Assembly: GCF_000150275.1 (NCBI RefSeq)
Contig: NW_002060944.1
Span: 3,572,152 to 3,636,151 of the forward strand
Reading direction: 5' to 3'
DNA from: Trichoplax adhaerens
Lineage: Eukaryota > Animalia > Placozoa
Length of the DNA: 64,000 nucleotides
Part shown: one piece after another, positions 54,725-64,000 of the stretch
Layout of the letters: every line of letters starts with the position of its first letter
Position numbering within the stretch: the stretch's first letter is position 1
The notes under the pieces: generated by a model
What the model saw: the letters and a program-made list of their open reading frames with translations, nothing else
Database searches by the model: none
What the model was told of the DNA's origin: nothing
Translations under genes and position numbers: made by a program

Positions 54725-57700
54725 ATATCCATGACGGTTGAAGGTTCCAAGGATAATCCTGATCATAACCATTTATACCGTGTAGAAGATGGAGAGACCC
54801 AGGTTAATGCCAACTACTGGTCTCGCTAATGAATAGAAAGGAATGACTATATTATTAATTGTATAATAATTTTACGGTGACATTGTCTATAGTTGTAAAA
54901 ATGATTTACTCTCGTTGAGTGTTCAGATAGCGTACCGTACTTCGCAGAAAAGGTTTTTAAAAAAATCATTAAGTGATGTTGAATTAGTACAATACATAAG
55001 CAAATGTTCATACATTTGATACTGGTTTCTACATATTAGATTAAGTAGAAGTAATTAATCTAGATGAAGCTGTGCGTATAAATTATAACTATTTTAGTGC
55101 GTGAGCTGGTATAGTCTCGTGTATGCACGGTTTGTATCTACTTATTTAAGATTAAAGTTATAGCTGCTGAGCTAGATACAAATAAAATTCCAATTTTATC
55201 TGTTATAGTCATATCAAGCTGGTTGTAGTAGTCCAATCCATTTGGAAGAACCAGAAAGTCAAACCCGCTGGTATTTTAAATATTTCCTAGGAAAGGGTAA
55301 ATAAAAAAACAGTCTTGTTGTAATATTAAAATTCTACTAATAAGAATGAATATTTTGTTACTACATTTGGCTCAATACTAATTTGTATCAAAGCCATTAA
55401 AGCAAAAAACACCAGCGGGGTTTATACTTATTACAAAATAATCCAACTTTTTAATATTGAAGCTTGGTCTTCATTACCAGTACATATTTCTCTCTGTCAA
55501 GATGATTGCGTTCTATTAATTTGCATTCATGTTAATTTGTCCGGGATATGTACGGTTATATTTATTTTCGGCAATATACAAGATGTCAGTTAATTTTCGA
55601 TACTCATTAATAGATAATCATTAAAAAACCAACTCTGATTATGGCTGTCAAATTAGTGGTCTCTTTGCTATCTATTCTAACCAGTTTTATTATGTAATGC
55701 TACTACAATTAACTTCTCAATTTTGCTTACTAACGTTATTTTATAGAATTTATTTTTACGATACCAATCCAATATTACTGTATATTAATGCAATCGTCTC
55801 TTTGCTGTCTAATATAATCAGTTTTATACGTTATTGGAATTTATTTCTCTTTTCTTACTATTGAAGTTATATAAAATTCAACTTATTGTGCTAAATCTTA
55901 GATATGTTTATGTAATAAGTATTCTGCTATCCACTATAAGTAGTTTATTAAGTATTATTATCGGAACTTAATTCTCATTTTTTATCGGTGAAATTATATG
56001 AAGTTTTAATTTTACCATCCCAATTCCAATGCTATTTTACATTTACACTAATTAAAGCTGAATTACGGCTAGTATGCTATTTGAATCTAAAAAAAATTAT
56101 TCTAAGTACGTATAAGAATTGATAAACCGAGTGGCTTACTTCTTCTGAATCTGTTGATACTGCGTCTCAAATGTATAATGTAGATGTACTCTGCACTTAT
56201 GCTGCAGCCTTCATAAAAATTATACTTGAATATTAGAAGATATTCTGAATGATAAATCTCTCATTAATTTTATATGATACAACGAATAGTCCATCGCAAT
56301 TACGTTGGCTTCGATAAAGAAAAGCAGCCATTCTTTGTATCAGTAGTAACTGAAACAGACAACTCTAATTTTACGCAATATCGAGCAATATTATGGCATA
56401 AAAAAGCAAGTTTTTTTACCATTACTGCCAGAATTGAGCAAATTAATTTTAATAATATTACTTAATGGTTACTCCTATTTAAACAGGGATGCCAAAAATT
56501 ATGCATACCTTGGAAACTAAAGAAAGATTTATCTATAAAAGGAATCTTACAGTATGATATAACTGTTAATAATATCACTAGATCACCGTAGTGATAGAAA
56601 TTGGCTGCAAAGACCATTTCTAACTGTCTTCATAACCCCAAAATATGCTTTCTCATGGTGTCTTCAATTCGATTTTGTAGGTTTTTTTCACTAAAAGATA
56701 TTGATAAACCTCATCTTAAACAAATTCAAACGCCATCACTTCAAAAGGTAAAACTTGGACTATAACTAACGTTACCTGGAAAAGGATTACATTTACCGTA
56801 GCTCGAAATTCTTAATTACAATTTTATTTTCTCTCGTAGCGATTACTGCAATTAGAAGAACAAGAGGTAAGAAAGGAAGACGTAAACAGGCTTTGAGCAA
56901 TTAATATTAATAAAAGTTGTCGAAAAATGAACATATGAACTTTATATTGCCCTTCGTTCTATATTGTAACTATTTAGGGTGCAATTAAACACAAATTTGG
57001 AGTTATTTATGCTCGGTCAGGTCAAGTCCGCGACGATGAAATGTTAAGCAATGGTAAATTTTATTTATGTTTTAGTCTATACCTTGCGGTATATTAGTAT
57101 CTGATGAGGTAAATGTATCCATCGAAGCTGAGTTTCTATTTATGCCATCATGCTAATAAGCAATGTGAGGAAATTTGTTTTATATTATGCTCTTCCTAAT
57201 ATGTTAATACAGAAAGTGGAAGTGAAGGCTTCAATGCTTTTATCAATTTATTGGGTGATCAAATTCGATTACAGAACTGGAATAAATATCGAGGCGGTCT
57301 TGATGTCAAGCGTAAGTAAAATTTTGCATGTACAGTGTTATATTAGGAATACATCCAGTAACATAATCAATTGATCATATGAGCGAACATTATAGACAAT
57401 TGAAGCTGCTTTCTTACGGTATTCTCTCTTATTGATCCTATCTTCGTGTATAGGCAATACAACTGGAGAAAATTCTTATTATACCGTTCATGAAGGAAGA
57501 GAAATTATGTTTCATGTTTCCACTATGCTTCCGTATGAGCCGACAGATCGACAACAGGTAAGAGATTGGGCTAAGTTTTAACTTACTAGAACTTTCTAAA
57601 TATGGTCAGGCTAACTATTAGTACATCCTATTTCATGGCATCTTCACGTTTGGCATTTTATATTTTATAAAATGTTCACTTCAAGATTGAACGCAAGCGC

Positions 57701-60700
57701 CATATTGGTAATGATATTGTCGTCATCATCTTTCAAGATATTGATGGAGAGGAGAAACCTACATTTAAGCCAACTGGCATTAAATCCCATTTCACACGTA
57801 TCCTATTTTGATTGCATTACAATAGCTTTTGTACAATAATGAGTCACTTATAGAAATGTCTGGTAACCTTACCTCTAAATTTTGAAGCAAATGAAAGCTA
57901 CCATTTGTATATCTACATAAGCAACATAGTAAATATCCTTAACTAGAGCGATTAATCTCCTAAAATAGATGTTTTCGCTTTGGTAACCCATAATAAAATC
58001 GACAACACTTACAAGTAAATTATTCTTCATATCGATCTAATATCATAAAGCGACGAAATATAGACTAAACATCATCCTATAACTACGAATTTGTTAAAAA
58101 TGAATATTTGGATTTGTATTCTATAGAAATATACTTTCTTAAATATCGACGTTATGATTGATTTGTAGATTAGCTGTGTATTCTTATAATGCTGTACCAT
58201 TATTCGGCCCACCATTGCATAAACCACCCGTATTCTCCAATCACCAAGAATTTCGCGATTTTCTTCTTGTTAAATGTAAGCCTTTTGCGTATGCTTTGGC
58301 AAACTAAGATAACTGAAATGAAAAATAATAAATCAAAACCAATATTTATCATGAATTATGATGATATTACAGTCTAGGCAACTTAGTTTGTACATATTAT
58401 CTCGTATTTTATGCTTGATATCAGAAATCTACTGCTAATTTTTTTAAAATTCGCATTTTTTCTATCATTTCAATATTATTATTGATTAGTAATTAACGGA
58501 GAGAAAGCATCGTATCATATCCCAGTCTTTGCTGATAAAAGAAGAAGAACACTTGAAGCTTTAATTCGAAACGTCTATGAGGATCTTGTTGTTCCAGAAG
58601 TGAGAAGTGTTTATATTGAAGATTTGATCAATAACTAATTTAAACTGATGAACATAATTCGGATATAAATTCAGTCACTTACAGATCTTATTAATTAAAA
58701 TCTATTTTTCAGCTATTGCACTCTCGATCATTCCTTCTATCTTCCTTTCCTGGCGCAGAAGCGAAAAGAAAACGTGAAGAATTTTTGGAATATGGTACTG
58801 CTCTTAAAATTGATGTCATTAACGCAGGTAGTGCACCTATTGGGACGTCTAGCTCTCGTCCGAGAGATCGTCGACAGGTTTGTATTCGATTCTACATTCA
58901 ATTACTACGGCATTAACTAACATTTGCATCAATCTTTGATGACTTCTCATAATGAGAAAATATAGAAATATGGATTTTCTTTCATTTTTAATTATATCTT
59001 TTAGCCTTGGCTACCTCATCGTGTATGCTCTAATTTTCCACATTCTGTCATTTGTGGTGACAGTTGGGGTAAGTACAGCAGTTATTCTACCCATGCGAAA
59101 ATTATCCAAATATTTCTTACGCATAATGCAAATACGCACTAGCGATTGGTACTTATCTCAAACTACGAATCCATGTCTAATATTCCTTAACTTATAAATT
59201 CTAAGGTGATTCTTTGGTGGTTGCAACAGAAAAGGGTGTTTTTCTTGTAGAAGGTATATAAAGCTAAGGCATTTATGTTGGTAAAAATTTTAAGGAGTGT
59301 TTTAAACTAGGGATACTGTAGACTTATGGTTCTGTGTTACTATTTTACGTAGTTACATATTTTTGCCTCTCGAAATGTTCTCTCTATTGAGATGCCGAAA
59401 TAAAGTATTGCCTTTAATGATTGTACTATTTATGTATTGACGGGTGTTTATACCTGATAATGTTTTCATACAGTAACAGGCCAAGGTTGATATTTAGAGA
59501 TTATATATTCTTAATATTAGCTTTCACTATTCGCAGTATTTTAAAATTCAATACATTAAATTTTATCTTGGATTACTACACAGATTGATATGTTTGAGGT
59601 TTAATACCCTTAATATTAGCTATAACTATTCACATTATTTTAAATCGAATACGAACACTTACTATAGGTGATTATATAGATTGATATTTTAAGATTTAAG
59701 ATTATTAACATTAGTTTCACTCTTTGTAGTACTTTAAAATTAATATCCTTAGTACTGTTTTTCACTATTTGTAGTATTTTAAAAATGGAACACAAAAAAT
59801 TTATCTTAGATGATTACCCACTAATGTTTAAGACTTAACATCCTTAATATTGATTTCACTATTTGCAGTACAGTATATTAAAATCAAATATGAAAATTTT
59901 TTAGGTGATTACGCTTATCAAGAATTGATTGATTCTAGCGTAACGATTAATCAATTAAATACGGTGGAATCTCATCACATTCTACTCATGAGAGGGCATT
60001 GTAAAGGTAATCTATTTTAATTTATACTCTACGAGCGGGATTCATGAAATACTTCAGCCGATACTTTTCTCTACAGTTCATTTGCTGATAGTTAGTTACT
60101 TTAGGTTATTTTTCTTAAATTAATCGGGATTGAATAGAGCGATGAATTTGCAAAAAATCGATATAATGAGATCCATTCTGAAATTAACTTATGACTTGTT
60201 CAATAAGAATATCTATAATGGATCGTGAAATATCGAAAAAACTACTAACCAAAATAGAAATTTTTATTACTTCTTTCTAATTCAAGTCACTAATATTTGA
60301 TCTAATGCAGGAAAAGATACCCGGCAATACTTGTATATTGTTATGCTGAATGAATTCGTTGGAGACAAAACAAGCACAACGATAATTAAAGGAATTGATG
60401 TCATTAAGGATGGGCGATTAGAGATAACTCGCGGTAAGATTATAAAAAATATTTATGATTAGATCTAATATCATTAAATTGCATTGTACAAAATGGACCT
60501 TACATATCTGATAGGTAGACAATAAGTAAGAATAAATCGAAAACGCATGGAATTCGCTTAGCTAACTTTTCCGTACATAACAGGTTGCCATTTATATGCA
60601 GTTAACCAAAGTAAAGATGGCGTTCTTAAAGTAGCTGTGGCAATCAAGGCACGTATAATCATATTAACGCTAAGTGGGTTAGATGAATTTGAACACAGGC

Positions 60701-63131
60701 TTCAAATATCGCCGCAAGACTTGATTGAACGATTTGTTAAATCTCAGGTATTTCTTGAGCACATTGCGTAAACTTAGCTACTACAACGAAAGAAATATTT
60801 TGATCAAGGGTTAAGTGCCGCCCTACATGAGATTTACTAAAATAAATTGATGTATTCTTGACCAATTATGCTCTGTTACATTAGAGTAGTATTGGCCTTT
60901 ATTATTCTATGATGAAAAGGAATATATTAAGTAATATAGTCTTAAAATATTGTTATATTTCGTACGGTAATCGATAAAGTAGTCTTATAACATAATGCAC
61001 TCAAATGGTACTTTAGGTCTCCAATGCATTTAAAATCTATTATTTAGCAACGGTTAGCTTCTATAACGGCATACATTCCGTAGCTTTCGTTAATGAATAG
61101 TTGTACTCTATGCTATAAATACTTAACTATTAGGTAAATTAGTCTCGAAGCAACTATCTTGAAGGCGATATTAATAAGTAGAGGAAAACACCTAAATCGG
61201 TATTGCTTAATCATTATTACTATAAATAACGGTTGAAATTTCATACAGGATATTTCGCTCGGTCAAGAGCCGACGTTAATATCGGTGGCGAGTGGGCATC
61301 AACCCGAATCGGATCTAATTTGTGTTGGCTATAAAGAACATTTTGAAATTATCGAGGAATCAACTGGCGATATCAAAAAGGTCCATCGATTAGAGGCGTT
61401 CGGACAGGTAGCTATCTCTATATGAATTCTATTTTAAAAGGCGAAATTGAGCAAACGTTGTAACTCTGATGAAAACCGTAATATTCAGATATTTTAAAAC
61501 GTAAAAGAAACTATACATATTATTAATATAGAAAAATTGAAATAATTTTGAAGATAATAACACAATTTATTGTAACATTAACCACAATTTCAATTCTTAA
61601 TATTAGTTTGAAGAAGTCAAATCTAAGAAACGTCATAAAAAGAAGGTAAGTACTGACAACTAAAGATAGATTTCTATTTCAATACTCGATTACATAGTAA
61701 GATCAATTTCAGAATTTTATTTCTTTTCTTGCCATTTCTCTGAATCTCGGTAACTTACTTGTAATTTTCTTAACATAGGCCATCAACTTAGTTAATCCGG
61801 TCAATGTTTATGATGAAGCTGGTAAGCCGGAAGTATTCCTGACTGGCAATCGTAAGTCGATGAAATAAAATAGTCATATCTATCGAATGCAATATAAACT
61901 TAGTAGTGTAAATGTTAATTTAATTTGTCATCGAATTGTGCTACCGTTGTAAATTCTTAACCTTTTAACATATTATTTGCTCTTATTTTTTGATAATTTA
62001 GATGTTTCTTTCCTCCTTGGACTTGGTCTAGAAGTTTCATATATCAGCAGTTACTACTGGAATCATCCACCACTTTATATCGGTAAAGTAGCTAGCTTGT
62101 CAGTCAATGCACAGGAAAGATTTAGATCGTTCTGTTAAATTAAGCCAGATTTAATAGATTAGTGCCATCTTTGACTGATTACTAGTTAATATTATAAATT
62201 GTTACATTTCAGTTTGTGCTTATCCATATTTGTTGGGATTTGCATTAAATTATATCGAAATCAGATTGGTCGTTAATGGATGCTTGGTTCAAGCTATTAC
62301 ATTTCCAGAAATTCAGTTTATTACATCCAAGGTAATATCTGACTGCTGCGTTATTCGTTCACTAATTTAAGAGATGTCATCATCTTTTACTGTCGTTGTG
62401 GAAAGAATTTCTATAGCTTTAAATGAATAATGATTGTGATAATTAAGTAGACTATTCTTGTCATTATTCATCTCAAAGTCAATGTAAACTAGCTAGCAAA
62501 TTGAAGCAGTTTAGCATATAATTCATTTTTAATTCATCGATCCATGATGCTGCTATAAATCTAAATTTGTATTAAGGAAAATATAACTGTAACAGAAACT
62601 AACACTACGAGCCCACTGCTTATAAATTTAGATTGCAGTAGATGCTTTTATATAATGAACGGATTGTAATGTTTTACTGCCTAATTCCTGTAGTTTGACA
62701 TCTATTTCGCAACACAACCAACACGATCAGCTTCTATTGGTTCGAATAGCTCTCAAGGCGTAGTAACACAACGATTAAATTCGTGTGCCTTATATAAAAT
62801 ACCAATAATGTCGCTATTAGGTAATGTCAATCAATCATTTCAGTAGCTTAAATAACTTTAAAATTTTAATAGGCAAGGTTATGAAATATAACGTCTGCAA
62901 TTTCTATATGCTAAGTTGAATTATTTCGAAATATTAGGTGATGAACTGTACATGTCGAGAATTAAATCGACTGTAACGGCAGCAGGTATAAATAATTCAG
63001 CAATGCGTCCTGGTCGATTTAATTCTACTTCTAAAGGTGGACCATTTAAACGCTGTGAATCCAATCTCGTTGAATCAACTAAAGGAGTTCCACGTAGTAT
63101 TATGAGAGCTCAGTTGCATCGAATTGTATGA
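54725..63131 (+). CDS. GARNL3: GTPase-activating Rap/Ran-GAP domain-like protein 3 (RapGAP + CNH domains), >25 exons, 5' end unresolved
   Basis: Spliced peptides YRVEDGE, IHLEEPESQTRWYFKYFLGKVHRNYVGFDKEKQPFFVSV, QYRAILWHKKGCQKLCIP, KFGVIYARSGQVRDDEMLSN, YRGGLDVK, EIMFHVSTMLPY, ERKRHIGNDIV, VPLFGPPL..FRDFLLVKLINGEKA, then CNH PW..CSNFPHSVICGDSWG and CAYPYLLGF..IEIRLVVNGCLV. All match GARNL3 as I recall it. First confident exon 54725-54802; stop TGA at 63129-63131. Confidence 0.92.
56406..56486 (+). other. GC-AG intron in GARNL3
   Basis: Only the AAA|GCAAGT donor joins ILWHKK in frame to GCQKLCIP; the nearby GT is out of phase. Confidence 0.8.
57798..57968 (+). other. U12-type (minor spliceosome) GT-AG intron in GARNL3
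   Basis: 5' site GTATCCTATT and branch TCCTTAAC (57936-57943). Splicing restores SHFT-H-VFALV. Confidence 0.75.
59480..59900. repeat. ~110-bp diverged tandem repeat (about 4 copies) inside a GARNL3 intron
   Basis: CTTAATATTAG.TTTCACTATT.G.AGTA.TTTAAAA recurs at ~59510, ~59609, ~59705 and ~59843. Confidence 0.7.
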
Positions 63132-63529
63132 GAGATGGCGGTATTACAGATTATTCCTACAACCCTGTCTTAGATAGGATTATTTCTTGAAAAATGACCT
63201 ATTAGATCGTATATGGTGAGATTACCGTTCTCATTTTACTTAGCCTCTACGAGTTATGTTCGATTTGAGGCCATATTTTAAAATTGATGTATCAAGGGCT
63301 TTGTTCAAATCAGTTCAAATCGGTAATCAATTATACTATTTGATGGATTTGTAGTGATAGTCAAAGCATAAAACAATCAGTTTGCTATTTTAAGACAGTT
63401 TAATTATGGATCGATATTATTTGGTGCAAAATTTGTTCTAATTAAATATCTTTTTCCTATTGTTCATTAAACCAATATCGCAATTCTGTGGTTTATGAAT
63501 CTTACATTATATGAACCTTCTGCTTTTTA

Positions 63530-63915
63530 GTTAAAATAGAGTTAAGGATTATTGTGATCTAGTCCATGATCCATTTTAAAGATAATTGCATGGTTTGAAA
63601 TTAAAATTGAGCTAATATTTCCTTTAAAGGAATATCATCATTTTGTGGTTTATAAGTCTTACTTATATGACTCCCGCCTTTTCATTAAAGTAGAGTTATA
63701 GATTATTGTGATCTAGCCCATGATCCATTTCAAAGTAGATTGCATAATTTGAATTTGAAATTAAGCTAATCTTTCCTTGAAACCAATCTATTTTGTTGGT
63801 TTATAAATCTTACTATATATAAATTTCACATTTTTTTAGTTCAGATAGAGTTATAGATTATTGGAGTCTAGTCAACGATACAGAAGATTGCATTATTTGA
63901 AATTGAGCTAATGTT
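63530..63915. repeat. ~155-bp tandem repeat, 3 copies, downstream of GARNL3
   Basis: TAGAGTTA..GATTATTG.GA.TCTAG.C.A.GAT...ATTGCAT..TTTGAA..TTGAGCTAAT at ~63537, ~63692 and ~63846. Confidence 0.8.
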
Positions 63916-64000
63916 TAATTATCTTATTTATTGTTAACAAATGATATTAGTAGAAGATGGTTAGACTGTTTATCTGATTTATACATGGTAAAAATTTGTG

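Overview
AT-rich eukaryotic (animal) genomic DNA with mostly 70-300 bp introns. The compact style suggests an early-branching invertebrate such as a placozoan (inference only). I reconstructed exons by hand for four spliced genes in two head-to-head pairs: MKKS/BBS6 (-) with PMPCA (+), and MVB12 (-) with a CENP-A-like centromeric H3 (+). These are followed by an intronless 320-aa orphan ORF (-) with a perfect RFX X-box upstream, about 33 kb without any long ORF (includes a 301-N gap), and GARNL3 (+, RapGAP+CNH; 5' end unresolved). The most striking non-coding signal is a pair of dense islands of a strand-symmetric pentamer (GTACW)n, i.e. TACAG/CTGTA, found almost only in the two bidirectional promoter intervals. 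Duplicated segments inside these islands differ by whole-pentamer indels at TA sites. Also present: two small TIR elements with target-site duplications, a U12-type intron, a GC-AG intron and a basic microexon in GARNL3, and many diverged 60-240 bp local tandem duplications. Most short ORFs in the supplied track are exon fragments or repeat artefacts.
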